Shown: positions 1-10,030, numbered from the stretch's first letter. The stretch: 64,000 nucleotides of DNA from Chthoniobacteraceae bacterium (GCA_031409655.1 JANNXQ010000194.1:1-64000); one strand, 5' to 3'. Numbers and translations: made by a program. The notes: a model not told the origin generated them from the letters alone.

Positions 1-665
1 CTCAGGTCGCCGAACATGTTCGCGTAGTCGGCAAGCAGCCGGTCCGTGATGCCGCCCGGCGTCACCGGCCCCTTCGGATAAAGCACCGGCTGCTCGGCCT
101 TCGCGTCGATGTTCGCCCACCACGTCTGCGCGTGCCCGATGAAATTCACCGTCGGATATTTTTCGAGCATCTTGTGAAAGCGATCGAAGCTCGTGTTGTA
201 GCGGGCGAATTGGAAATGCAGCAGCACCGGCACGCCAAACTCGCGCGCCACCTCCGCCACGATCTCGATCCCGCGCGAGTCCGCCTCGAGTTGAAATTTC
301 TGCTCGCCGATCCCGATCGCCCCGCGCGCCAGCCACCGCTTCAGTTCGTCGCGCGCATCGCTCAGATACGGCACTTCATTCGCAAAACACGAGTACTCGC
401 GCGGCAGCCGCTGCACGATTTCCGCGACCCGATCATTCCCGCCGCACGCCGCCTCCAGCCCGAAAAAACGTCCCGCCGGCAGCAGGATCGTATGCGTCAC
501 ACCCATCTTGCGCTGATGCGCGATGAGCTGCTCGTCCGTGCGCCCCGAGTAGTCCGAGTGCTGGTGAATGTCGATGAGCGGCTCAGGAGCATCCTGCGCC
601 ACCGCGAGCGATGCCGCGGCGGACGCAGCGGTCAGCAAAAATTCGCGGCGGGAGAGTGCGGACAT
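1..665 (-). CDS. Tat-exported amidohydrolase-family (Amidohydro_2-like) protein, runs off the left edge
   Basis: Manual translation from ATG 665: MSALSRREFLLTAASAAASLAVAQDAPEPLIDIHQHSDYSGR; twin-arginine signal and DxHxH metal motif; absent from the ORF track because the stop lies outside the window. Confidence 0.75.
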   Translation of the reverse strand, partial: MSALSRREFLLTAASAAASLAVAQDAPEPLIDIHQHSDYSGRTDEQLIAHQRKMGVTHTILLPAGRFFGLEAACGGNDRVAEIVQRLPREYSCFANEVPYLSDARDELKRWLARGAIGIGEQKFQLEADSRGIEIVAEVAREFGVPVLLHFQFARYNTSFDRFHKMLEKYPTVNFIGHAQTWWANIDAKAEQPVLYPKGPVTPGGITDRLLADYANMFGDL

Positions 666-709
666 GCGCAGACTATCGGCCGGTGGTTTTGAGAAGGCGA
701 GCCGCGGAA

Positions 710-875
710 TCCGGGTAGCACGTTCGTCCCGAGCGTTGGTTTCGGCGTCCCGCCGAAACGAACTTTTCTGCCGCATCGCTAGTGATACCGTGAACGCAAA
801 CCGGAACGACGCGTGAGGAAAGTCCGCGAATGCGGGACGCCTTCGCCAACGCTCGGGACGAGCGTGCTATCCGGA
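710..875. repeat. REP/MITE-like palindromic element, family A, intergenic copy (166 nt)
   Basis: Terminal inverted arms tccgggtagcacgttcgtcccgagcgttgg / ccaacgctcgggacgagcgtgctatccgga; core gtttcggcgtcccgccgaaacgaac shared with the reverse complement of 11881-12048. Confidence 0.85.
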
Positions 876-904
876 CAGCTTGCACGCGCCCCTTTTTCCC
901 GCAG

Positions 905-3106
905 ATGATCCGCAACGTGATCGCGCTCCGCTTCTCCCTTCCCGCAATCTTGCTGTGCGCTGCTCCGCTGCTCGCCGCAGAGCCGCCCATCAATCTCCCG
1001 CGCGTTCCGCCCACGCCTCCGGAAAAAGCCGCGGCAACGTGTAAAGTGCGCCCCGGTTTTCACGTCGAGCTGATGGCCGCAGAGCCGCTTATCGTCGATC
1101 CAGTCGCGATGGCTTTCGATGAAAACGGACGGCTCTACGTCGTCGAAATGCGCGACTACTCCGAGCGGCGCGACGAGAAACTCGGGCGCGTGAAACTGCT
1201 CGAAGACACCGACGGCGACGGGCGCTTCGATCGCGCGACCGTTTTCGCCGAGGGACTGCCGTGGCCGACGGGGATCGCGTGCTGGGATGGCGGCGTCTTC
1301 GTCCTCGCGTCGCCGGAGCTGCTTTATTTCAAGGACATGGACGGCGACGGAAAAGCCGATGTGCATGCGATGGTCTTCACCGGTTTTGGCAATCTCGTGG
1401 AGAAACTGAACGTGCAGCAGTTGCCAAATTCGCTGACGTGGGGACCGGACCAGCGCATCCACGGGGCGCTCGGCGGGAATGCGGGCGCGGTGCAAAATTT
1501 CGCGCGCCACGGCTCGCCGAAAGTCGAGCTGCGCGGGCGCGATTTTTCATTCAATCCACGCGCGATGGATCTCCGCGCGGAAAGCGGCGGCGGGCAGTGG
1601 GGCCTGACGTTCGACGACACGGGCCGGAAATTTGTCTGCGCAAACAGCCGCCATCTCATGCAGGTGATGTATGAGGATCGCATCGCCGCGCGCATCACGG
1701 ACTCGCCGCTGCCCGCGCCCGCGCTCGACATCGCCGCCGACGGCCCGCAAGCCGAGGTCTTCCGGCGCAGCCCCGAGGAGCCGTGGCGCGTGCTGCGCAC
1801 GAAGTGGCGCGTGTCCGGCCAGGTGCCCGGCCCGGTCGAGGGCGGCGGACGCGCGAGCGGCTATTTCACGGGCGCGTGCGGCGTCACGGTGTACCGCGGC
1901 GATGCGTGGCCGGCGGAATTTCGCGGCGATGTGTTCATCGCGGATTGCGGGAGCAATTTGATCCATCGGAAAAAGCTGACCGGTGATCTCGTGCAGCGCG
2001 GCACCCGCGCACCGGGCGAGGAGCGCAGCGAATTTCTCGCCAGCACGGACAACTGGTTTCGCCCCGTCGCCTTCGCAAATGCGCCCGATGGAAACCTGTG
2101 GTTCGCCGACATGTATCGCGAAACGATCGAGCACCCGTGGTCGCTGCCGGAGCCGCTCAAATCAAAACTCGATCTCAACTCCGGCAACGACCGCGGGCGC
2201 ATCTACCGCATCGTCGCCGACGCCTCGACCGCGTTCCCCGTTTTGCAATTTGGCAAAATGACGACAGCGGAACTTGTCACGGCGCTCGCGCTCGCAAACG
2301 GCTGGCATCGCGACACCGCCGCACGCCTGCTGCATCAACGACAGGATAAATCCGCCATTCCCGCGCTCATTGCACTCGCGGAAAAACTCGCGGAAAACGC
2401 GGAGGCACCCGAGTCGCGCCTAGTCGTGCTGCAAGTCCTGCGCGGACTCGCCGCGCTCGACGACGCCACGCTCGCGATTTTCCTCCGCGACAAAGACGCC
2501 GATGTGCGCGCGGGCACCGTGCGGTTGTGTGCGAAGGCCGACCTCATCGCGCCGCTCGCCGACGATCCATCCCCGCGCGTGCGGAATGAAGTCGCGTGGA
2601 CACTCATCGCGCTCGCGCCAACCGACGCACTCATCGCCCGCGCCATCGCCCCGCTGCTGCGCCCCGCGACCGCCGCCGCAACCAAGCCGCCGACCGGCAA
2701 CGGCCACACGATCTTCGCCACACGCTGCGCGACGTGCCATCGCTTCGCCGGGGAAGGCAGCGCGGTCGGCCCCGACCTCGACGCCGCGAGGCTTGCCGGG
2801 CAGGAAAAATTGCTCGGCAACATCCGCGAACCCTCGCGCGAACTGACCGCAGGCTACCCGCTCGGCGTCGTGACGATGAAATCCGGTGAGACAGTCGAAG
2901 GCATCATCGCAAACGAATCGCCCGGTGGCGTTATCCTCCGAATGCCCGGCGGTGCCGAGCGCGCCGTGAAACGCGGCGACATCGAAAAGATCGAGCGCCC
3001 CGCGCGCTCGCTCATGCCCGACGCCATCGCCACCGGCCTCACGCCGCAGGACATGAACGACCTGCTCGATTTCCTCACGCCCGTGCCGCAACTTCCCGCC
3101 CCATGA
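905..3106 (+). CDS. PVC-type heme-binding CxxCH protein (membrane-bound dehydrogenase-like propeller, HEAT repeats, cytochrome c)
   Basis: Signal peptide; GFHVELMAAEPLIVDPVAMAFDENGRLYVVEMRDY and DTDGDGRFD motifs; C-terminal CATCH..VGPDL; start moved to ATG 905 after the repeat. Confidence 0.9.
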   Translation: MIRNVIALRFSLPAILLCAAPLLAAEPPINLPRVPPTPPEKAAATCKVRPGFHVELMAAEPLIVDPVAMAFDENGRLYVVEMRDYSERRDEKLGRVKLLEDTDGDGRFDRATVFAEGLPWPTGIACWDGGVFVLASPELLYFKDMDGDGKADVHAMVFTGFGNLVEKLNVQQLPNSLTWGPDQRIHGALGGNAGAVQNFARHGSPKVELRGRDFSFNPRAMDLRAESGGGQWGLTFDDTGRKFVCANSRHLMQVMYEDRIAARITDSPLPAPALDIAADGPQAEVFRRSPEEPWRVLRTKWRVSGQVPGPVEGGGRASGYFTGACGVTVYRGDAWPAEFRGDVFIADCGSNLIHRKKLTGDLVQRGTRAPGEERSEFLASTDNWFRPVAFANAPDGNLWFADMYRETIEHPWSLPEPLKSKLDLNSGNDRGRIYRIVADASTAFPVLQFGKMTTAELVTALALANGWHRDTAARLLHQRQDKSAIPALIALAEKLAENAEAPESRLVVLQVLRGLAALDDATLAIFLRDKDADVRAGTVRLCAKADLIAPLADDPSPRVRNEVAWTLIALAPTDALIARAIAPLLRPATAAATKPPTGNGHTIFATRCATCHRFAGEGSAVGPDLDAARLAGQEKLLGNIREPSRELTAGYPLGVVTMKSGETVEGIIANESPGGVILRMPGGAERAVKRGDIEKIERPARSLMPDAIATGLTPQDMNDLLDFLTPVPQLPAP

Positions 3107-4845
3107 ATCTCACGACTCCAAAAGCGGGCATCGAAGCGGACTTCCCATCGCACGATGGCGCGATGCTGCACTACCGCCACTGGCCCGCTTCCCGTCCGGT
3201 GAAACGCGCGCTCGTGCTTTTCCATCGCGGGCACGAACATTCCGGGCGCTGGCAGGAGACGGTGGAGGCGCTCGCGCTGGAGGACGTGGACGTTTTTGCG
3301 TGGGATGCGCGCGGGCATGGGGCGTCGCCGGGGGAGCGCGGGTCGGCGGAGCATATCGGGATTTTGATTCGCGATGTGGATGCGTTTGTGCGGCACATTT
3401 CAAAACAGCACGGCATCGCGATGGAGGACATGATCATTGTGGCGCACAGCGTCGGCGCGGTGGTCGCGGGTGCCTGGGTGCATGATTTCGCGCCGCCGAT
3501 TCGCGGGCTGGTGCTGGCGACGGCGGCGTTTCGCGTGCGGCTGTATGTGCCGCTCGCGGTGCCGGCGTTGCGGTTGCGGCAAAAGTTTCTCGGGCCGGGT
3601 TTTGTGAAGAGTTACGTGAAGGCGCACATGCTCACGCACGATGCGAAGGAGGCGCGGCTTTACGCGGAAGACCCGCTCATCTTCCCGCAGATCGCGGTGA
3701 ACATGCTGCTCGACCTCCACGACACCGGCACACGCCTCGTCGCCGATGCCGCGGCGATCCGCGTGCCGACGCTGATGTTTTCCGCGGGCGCGGATTGGGT
3801 GGTGGAAAACAAGGCGCAGCGCGAATTCTACGACCGGCTTTCATCGGCAGACAAGACGCTGCGGCTGCTGCCGGGATTTCATCACGCAATCTTTCACGAA
3901 AGGGAACGGCGCCTCGTTGTGGATGACATCCGCGAATTCGTGACGCGTCTTTTCACCACTCTGCCCACGCCGCTGCCGACTTTGCGCGACGCGGACCGGC
4001 ACGGTTTCACGAAGACGGAATACTACGAAATGCTCGATGCGCCGAACACGCTCGCAGGTCAGGCCGGGCAATTTGCTTTTGGAACGCTCGGGCGTTTGAG
4101 CGAAGGCATTTCGCTCGGGCTGCGCAGCGGTTTCGATTCCGGCGAGACGCTCGATTACGTCTATGAAAACGAGCCGCGTGGCACTTCGCCTATCGGCACG
4201 TTGATGGATCGCACGTATCTCGAAAGTCCTGGCTGGAGCGGCATTCGGATGCGGCGAAAACATCTCGAAGAAATGCTGCGCGACGCCATGCGGGAACTGC
4301 ACTCGGGGGGCCAGCGCGTTCACATTCTCGACGCCGCGTGCGGCGGCGGGCGCTACGTGCTGGAGACGCTCGCGGCGCTGCGCGACATCCCGGCCACGGC
4401 GCTGCTCCGCGATTACAAACAGGGAAATCTCGACGTCGCGGAGAAACATCGCGCCGCGCTGAAACTCGATGGCGTGAAAATCATGCAAGCCGACGCCTTC
4501 GACCGCGCATCCTTTGCCAGCCTTGATCCGCGGCCCACGATCGGCATCGTCTCCGGCCTGCTCGAACTTTTTTCCAACAACGACGCCGCCCGCGCCTGCC
4601 TCGCCGGATTTGCCGAAGCGATCGAGCCCGGCGGCGTGCTCATCTACACCGGCCAACCGTGGCATCCGCAACTCCGCTTCATCGCGGGCGTGCTGAAAAA
4701 TCGCGAAGGAAAACCGTGGGTGATGCGCCGCCGCACGCAGGCGGAAATGGATGAGCTGGTGCGCGACGCGGGGTTTGTGAAGGAGACGCAGGTGATTGAT
4801 CCGTGGGGGATTTTCACCGTCTCGCGGGCGCGGCGGGTGGTGTGA
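3103..4845 (+). CDS. ynbC: YnbC-like bifunctional alpha/beta hydrolase / class I SAM methyltransferase
   Basis: LFHRGHEHSGR, AHSVG nucleophile elbow, GFDSGETLDYVY, LDAACGGGRYVL, YTGQPWHPQL, WVMRRRTQAEMDELV. Confidence 0.88.
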   Translation: MNLTTPKAGIEADFPSHDGAMLHYRHWPASRPVKRALVLFHRGHEHSGRWQETVEALALEDVDVFAWDARGHGASPGERGSAEHIGILIRDVDAFVRHISKQHGIAMEDMIIVAHSVGAVVAGAWVHDFAPPIRGLVLATAAFRVRLYVPLAVPALRLRQKFLGPGFVKSYVKAHMLTHDAKEARLYAEDPLIFPQIAVNMLLDLHDTGTRLVADAAAIRVPTLMFSAGADWVVENKAQREFYDRLSSADKTLRLLPGFHHAIFHERERRLVVDDIREFVTRLFTTLPTPLPTLRDADRHGFTKTEYYEMLDAPNTLAGQAGQFAFGTLGRLSEGISLGLRSGFDSGETLDYVYENEPRGTSPIGTLMDRTYLESPGWSGIRMRRKHLEEMLRDAMRELHSGGQRVHILDAACGGGRYVLETLAALRDIPATALLRDYKQGNLDVAEKHRAALKLDGVKIMQADAFDRASFASLDPRPTIGIVSGLLELFSNNDAARACLAGFAEAIEPGGVLIYTGQPWHPQLRFIAGVLKNREGKPWVMRRRTQAEMDELVRDAGFVKETQVIDPWGIFTVSRARRVV

Positions 4846-4846
4846 A

Positions 4847-5000
4847 AATTCCAAGCTCCAGAAGCCAAATTCCAAATCAATTCCAAGGGACAATTTTCAA
4901 ATTCCAAGCAGCGCCCCCGACTGTGAACGCGGCCTTGGAATTCTCCGCCGGTTGGGTTTTGAAACTTATTTGGAACTTGGAATCTCGTCCTTGGAATTTT
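4847..5000. repeat. Degenerate heptamer inverted-repeat element (aaattcc... / ...ttggaat)
   Basis: aaattccaagctccagaagccaaattccaaat..aaattccaag on the left, cttggaattc..atttggaacttggaatc..cttggaatttt on the right. Confidence 0.7.
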
Positions 5001-5008
5001 CCCCCGTC

Positions 5009-6349
5009 GTGAGTCGCACATCCGCGCCACCTTCCTCCCGCCCGTGGCTCGCCGCGGCAGGCACGCTCGCGCTCACCGGCCTGCTTTTCATCGTCGCCTA
5101 CAATATCTGCAACCGCCTCACCGGCCTGCGCCCGGATGTCGGCGTGTGGGTTTTTTCGTGGGAACAATTCTGGCCCGTCATCCCGGCGTTCATCGTCCCG
5201 TATTGGTCGGAGGATTTGCTGTTCATCATTGCGCCGTTCCTCTGCCGCACGCGTAAGGAACTCACCGTTCATCGCAAGCGTATCGTCTTCTGCATCGCCG
5301 CGGGATGCCTCGGCTTTCTGCTCATCCCGCTGCGCTTCGCGTTCCCGCGTCCGGTCGTCGAGGGGGTTTTCGCGCCGCTCTTCGCCGCGCTCTATAGCTT
5401 CGATCTGCCGCACAATCTTTTCCCCTCGCTGCACATCGCGCTGCGCACGCTGCTCGCGAGCATGTTTCTGCGCGTTGCGTGCGGGCCGTGGCGCTGGCCG
5501 ACGCACGCGTGGTTCAGCCTCATCGGCATTTCCACGCTCGTGACCTGGCAGCATCACATCATCGATGTGCTCGGCGGATTCTGGCTCGGCCTCATCGCAC
5601 TGCATCTTTATCGCTTCGATGAAAACCCTCCGACCCGCGCCGCGAATCGCACCATCGCGATCGGCTACGCCATCCTCGCCGTCATCTGCTCGCAACTCGC
5701 GCGCATCTCGTGGCCGTGGACTTTCCTCTTCGTCTGGCCCGCGTTTGCCTTTGGCGTCGGCGCGTTTGGCTACGGCGGCTTTGGCGCGGGGATTTATCGG
5801 AAACGCGATGGCCGTTTAACGTTGCTGACGAAGGCGCTGCTCGGCCCGCTGCTTTCCCTCCAGTGGCTCTCGTGGATTTACTATCGGGGAAAATCTCCGC
5901 GTTGGAGCGAAGTGACGCCGCAAGTGTGGATCGGCGCGCTGCCCACGCCGGAAATCGCGCGCGACGCCATTGCTGCCGGAGTCACTGCGGTGCTCGATCT
6001 CACTGTCGAGTTTTCCGAATCCGAGCTTTTTCTAAAAACACGCTATCTCAATTTACCCGTGCTCGACTTGACCGCGCCCGCTCCCGATCAACTCGCCGAC
6101 GCCATCCGCTTCATCGAGCACGAGTCCACGCGCGGCGTCGTCTTCATTCATTGCAAAGCGGGCTACTCGCGGACGGCGGGCGCAGTCGGCGCATGGCTGC
6201 TGGCGAGCGGGCGCGCGAGGAGCGTCGGGGAAGTGGTCGTGCAGCTCGAAGCGATTCGGCCTGGCATTGTCATCCGCCCGGAGATCCGTGATGCGCTGCA
6301 AGCCGCCCGTTCAGAATCACCCGCGAGCGTCACGCGCGGCGGTGATTGA
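5009..6349 (+). CDS. ynbD: YnbD-like PAP2 / dual-specificity phosphatase membrane protein
   Basis: Multiple TM segments, NLFPSLHI and WQHHIIDV PAP2 motifs, HCKAGYSRT (CX5R); GTG 5009 chosen after the repeat. Confidence 0.85.
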   Translation: MSRTSAPPSSRPWLAAAGTLALTGLLFIVAYNICNRLTGLRPDVGVWVFSWEQFWPVIPAFIVPYWSEDLLFIIAPFLCRTRKELTVHRKRIVFCIAAGCLGFLLIPLRFAFPRPVVEGVFAPLFAALYSFDLPHNLFPSLHIALRTLLASMFLRVACGPWRWPTHAWFSLIGISTLVTWQHHIIDVLGGFWLGLIALHLYRFDENPPTRAANRTIAIGYAILAVICSQLARISWPWTFLFVWPAFAFGVGAFGYGGFGAGIYRKRDGRLTLLTKALLGPLLSLQWLSWIYYRGKSPRWSEVTPQVWIGALPTPEIARDAIAAGVTAVLDLTVEFSESELFLKTRYLNLPVLDLTAPAPDQLADAIRFIEHESTRGVVFIHCKAGYSRTAGAVGAWLLASGRARSVGEVVVQLEAIRPGIVIRPEIRDALQAARSESPASVTRGGD

Positions 6350-6495
6350 CGAATGTAACTGTGTTGATTACAGATCACACCGGAGACGCTTCCCACATCC
6401 ACAAGCCCGGATAAAATCGAAATGTTCATTGCACCGAAGCCGACCGCGGCAGCGTAAGGATTTCACAACTGATCGCCACAAAACCAAACCTCACC

Positions 6496-7665
6496 ATGCA
6501 AACCACCATCGCCGAAAACGCCGCCAGCCAAACCCGCACGTTCCCGCCGTTCAGCCTCAGCCGGCTGTTGAAAACGGTGTTCGCTCCGAAAGGTGGCGAG
6601 CGCGTGTGCATTCTCATCGACCTCGAAGATCCGAGCGGGGTTAAGAATTTTGGGTTCCTGGAAAACCCCGACCTCTCGATCCAGCGCAACGCCTACGATG
6701 TTTTTTACAAGGGCTTGAAAAATGGCGTGCTCGCGGAACTCGGAATGCGCGGCGGTGAAATGTTCGCGTATGAAGTGACGGGCGGCAGCAATCTCGACCT
6801 GCCGGATACGGCGGTCGCCGTTGATGGTTGCCTCGTGAATCTCGCACGGGACGTGTATCGCAACTACGACATCATCCTCTGCATCTCGACCTACTCGGCC
6901 ACCGCTCCGCTGACGGCTTTTGCGAAAAAATACGGCTTCCGCGGCGCGACGCTGCACGGTGTGAATCAGATCATTCTCAGCTCGGGACTCGCCGTTGATT
7001 ACGATGAAGTCAGCGTGGCAGCGGAGAAGCTGCGGCTGGGTATGACTCGCGCGGAATCCGTGGAGATCGACTACGAGACAGCGGGGAGAAAGTTCACGCT
7101 GCGCCTCGAACTCGCCGGCCAGGAAGCGCAGAAGAGCCACGGCCTGTGCCGGGGCGGCCCGGATGTGGCGAATCTGCCCGCCGGTGAGATTTATTACGTG
7201 CCCGCCGGAGCCGAGGGCCTTTTTCCGATGAAGTACGAAGACGGCACGCTCGGCGTGATGCGCGTGACGAAAGGTCGCATCGTCGAGTCCACGCTGCTGC
7301 GCGGAAACCAGGCCACGATCGACGCGCACAACGAAAAGCTCACCAGCGATCCCGTGACCGGCGAGATCGGCGAACTCGGGTTCGGGACGCAGGAATTGCC
7401 AGTTTCAGGACGCGACATTCAGGACGAAAAAATCCTCGGCACGATGCACGTCGCCACCGGCCGCAGCGATCATCTCGGCGGCACGCTGACGCCGGATCGT
7501 TTCGCAAACAAAAAAAACGCGACCCACGACGACATCCTGTTTTCGTCGAGCAAGACCCCGGAGATTAACGTGCCGCAAGTGCGCATGACGCGCGCTGGCA
7601 AGACGGTGGTGCTAATCGAAAACTTCGAGCCTGCGGCTTACATGCGCGGGCTGCTGGCGGATTGA
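6496..7665 (+). CDS. Aminopeptidase T / peptidase M29-like protein
   Basis: ANLPAGEIY, IGELGFGT, DEKILGTMHVATGRSDHLGG and HDDI motifs. Confidence 0.7.
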   Translation: MQTTIAENAASQTRTFPPFSLSRLLKTVFAPKGGERVCILIDLEDPSGVKNFGFLENPDLSIQRNAYDVFYKGLKNGVLAELGMRGGEMFAYEVTGGSNLDLPDTAVAVDGCLVNLARDVYRNYDIILCISTYSATAPLTAFAKKYGFRGATLHGVNQIILSSGLAVDYDEVSVAAEKLRLGMTRAESVEIDYETAGRKFTLRLELAGQEAQKSHGLCRGGPDVANLPAGEIYYVPAGAEGLFPMKYEDGTLGVMRVTKGRIVESTLLRGNQATIDAHNEKLTSDPVTGEIGELGFGTQELPVSGRDIQDEKILGTMHVATGRSDHLGGTLTPDRFANKKNATHDDILFSSSKTPEINVPQVRMTRAGKTVVLIENFEPAAYMRGLLAD

Positions 7666-7674
7666 TTCCGAGTC

Positions 7675-7755
7675 TTCCTCTTCCTCTTCCGCTCAGTCTT
7701 CCTCCCGCGCGAAGCGCGGAATTGTTGGAACGAGGAAGATTAAGAGGAAGAGGAA
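7675..7755. repeat. Pyrimidine/purine hexamer inverted repeat (ttcctc / gaggaa)
   Basis: cttcctcttcctcttcc ... ggaagattaagaggaagaggaa between co-oriented genes. Confidence 0.6.
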
Positions 7756-7764
7756 AAGTCCCGG

Positions 7765-8475
7765 ATGAACATTTACGAATCAGACAAGCTCCTCGCGGAG
7801 TATCTGCTGTTTCACTACGGGAGTGCGGATGAAATCCTGCCGTATGAATTCGGACAGCGCAGCGCGCTCGAATATCCGGCGCGGTGCGTGTCCGAGTGCG
7901 TGACATCGAGCGGGCGCGCGCTGGATCTCGGCTGCGCGGTCGGGCGTTCGACGTTCGAGCTGGCGCGGACTTGTCGCGAAGTGATCGGAATCGATTTCTC
8001 GCAGCGCTTCATTGACGCGGCGAACCTACTGAAGTCGGGCGAACTTCCGTATCGCCGGATTGATGAAGGCGATTTCACGACGCCATTGGTCGCGCGAGTG
8101 CCCGACGGTATCGACCGCTCGCGCGTTTCATTTGAAACCGGCGATGCGATGAATCTGCGCGACGATTTGGGAACGTTCGATGTCGTGCTGATGGCGAATC
8201 TTATCGACCGCTTGACCGAACCGCAGCGCTGCCTCGCGCAGCTTCCGGCTTTGTTCAATGCGGGTGGCCAACTCGTCATCACGTCGCCCTACACGTGGCT
8301 CGAAGATTTCACCCCGCGCGCAAACTGGCTCTGCCCGACGCTCGATGGATTGGGAGCCGCGCTTGAGCCACACTTCGCGCTTACATCCACGCGTGAGCTT
8401 CCATTTCTCATTCGCGAACATGCCCGCAAATTTCAGTGGAGTATCGCGCAGGCAAGCGTTTGGATGCGCCGCTAA
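7765..8475 (+). CDS. Stand-alone putative 4-mercaptohistidine N1-methyltransferase (OvoA C-terminal-like)
   Basis: NIYESDKLLAEYLLFHYG, RALDLGCAVGRSTFELA, ANLIDRL, SPYTWLEDFTP, PFLIREHARKFQW. Confidence 0.82.
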   Translation: MNIYESDKLLAEYLLFHYGSADEILPYEFGQRSALEYPARCVSECVTSSGRALDLGCAVGRSTFELARTCREVIGIDFSQRFIDAANLLKSGELPYRRIDEGDFTTPLVARVPDGIDRSRVSFETGDAMNLRDDLGTFDVVLMANLIDRLTEPQRCLAQLPALFNAGGQLVITSPYTWLEDFTPRANWLCPTLDGLGAALEPHFALTSTRELPFLIREHARKFQWSIAQASVWMRR

Positions 8476-9062
8476 TGCCGACCGATTGGGAAGCGCAGTA
8501 TCAGAAAGGCGAGACGCCCTGGGATAAAGGTGCGCCCAGTCCCGGTCTTGTGGATTTCCTTGCGCAGGAGCCCGTTCGCGGGCGGGTGCTCGTGCCGGGG
8601 TGTGGAGTTGGTCACGACGCGCGCGCGCTCGCGGCGATTGCGGATGAAGTGCTCGGGCTCGACATCGCGCCATCCGCGATCGAAGGCGCGGCGCGATTTC
8701 CGCGCGTGGGGAACGAGTGCTACGAACTCGGCAATCTGTTCGAGTTGCCGCCGGAGTTTCGCGGCGCATTCGATTGGGTCTGGGAGCATACGTGCTTCTG
8801 TGCGATCGACCCGTCGATGCGCGCCTCGTATGTCGAAGCGGTCGCATCGGCACTGAAGCCAGGCGGCAAATTGATCGCGGTTTTCTATCTCGATCCGGGC
8901 CACGATTCACCCGATGAAGGCCCGCCCTTCGGCGTCAGCGTCGCGGAACTCGACGCGTTGTTTCAACCGCGCTTCGATCTCGTGCGCGAGTGGCTGCCGG
9001 CGCGCGCGTATCCGGGCCGGGAAGGTCGCGAGTGGATGCGCGTGCTCGCGCGGCGCGATTGA
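8475..9062 (+). CDS. TPMT/thiol-methyltransferase-family SAM methyltransferase
   Basis: DWEAQYQKGETPWDKG, VLVPGCGVGHD, WEHTCFCAIDP, GPPFG; TAATG overlap with upstream gene. Confidence 0.85.
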   Translation: MPTDWEAQYQKGETPWDKGAPSPGLVDFLAQEPVRGRVLVPGCGVGHDARALAAIADEVLGLDIAPSAIEGAARFPRVGNECYELGNLFELPPEFRGAFDWVWEHTCFCAIDPSMRASYVEAVASALKPGGKLIAVFYLDPGHDSPDEGPPFGVSVAELDALFQPRFDLVREWLPARAYPGREGREWMRVLARRD

Positions 9063-9070
9063 TCGCGGGC

Positions 9071-10030
9071 TCACGCCGTCTTGCCTTCGGTCAGTTTCAT
9101 AAACGCCGTTTCCATATCCATCGCATCCGCCTGGAACATGCGAATCCGCGCACCGAGTGCCTGGACCGCATCCAGCAAATCCTCGATTTCGATTTCATCC
9201 TCGCGCATCTGCACCGCATACCTATCGGCCTGTTCCTCGACCTCCACGACATGTGGCAGTGCGCGGATTTTCGCGGCGAGTTCCGGCGAAGGATTCGCGA
9301 GTTGAATGTGGACGGTCCGGCGCAAACTCAGCGCGCGATAAATCTCCTGCAACGATCCGCACGCCACCATCTGCCCGGCTTCGACGATGCCGATGTGGGT
9401 GCAGAATTGCGCCAGCTCGTGCAGGATGTGCGAGGAAATCAGGATCGTTTTCCCCATTGATTGCAGCTCCTTCAACAGCTCGCGCATCTCGATGCGCGCG
9501 CGCGGATCGAGCCCGCTCGCAGGTTCATCGAGCAGCAGCAAATCGGGATCGTGCAGCAGCACCCGCGCGAGCCCGAGCCGCTGCTTCATCCCGCGCGAAA
9601 GCCCATCGACGAGCGCATCCGATTTCGCCGTGAGATCGGTGAGCGCGAGCACGTCGGTCACGATGCACGCGCGTTTCGCCGTCGGAATTTTGTAAGCTGC
9701 CGCGAAAAAGTGCAGGTATTCCTTCGCCGTGAGATCGTCATACACGCCGAAAAAATCCGGCATGTATCCGATCTTCCGCCGCACCTCGTGCGGATGCGCC
9801 AGCACATCGAGCCCGGCGACTTTCACGCAACCCGAAGTCGGCTTCAGCAATGTCGCCAGCACTTTGATCGTCGAAGTTTTCCCCGCGCCATTCGGCCCGA
9901 TGAACCCGAAGATTTCCCCACGCGAAATGCTGAACGACAACCCGCGCACCGCGTGCGTGCGCCCGTAACTGACGCCGAGATTTTCCACCGAGACGAGCGG
10001 TGGCGGAGCGGTTTCGGGAGGTGGATTCAT
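9071..10030 (-). CDS. ABC transporter ATP-binding protein
   Basis: GPNGAGKT Walker A, LSRGMKQR signature, LLLLDEP Walker B, SSH switch. Confidence 0.95.
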   Translation of the reverse strand: MNPPPETAPPPLVSVENLGVSYGRTHAVRGLSFSISRGEIFGFIGPNGAGKTSTIKVLATLLKPTSGCVKVAGLDVLAHPHEVRRKIGYMPDFFGVYDDLTAKEYLHFFAAAYKIPTAKRACIVTDVLALTDLTAKSDALVDGLSRGMKQRLGLARVLLHDPDLLLLDEPASGLDPRARIEMRELLKELQSMGKTILISSHILHELAQFCTHIGIVEAGQMVACGSLQEIYRALSLRRTVHIQLANPSPELAAKIRALPHVVEVEEQADRYAVQMREDEIEIEDLLDAVQALGARIRMFQADAMDMETAFMKLTEGKTA

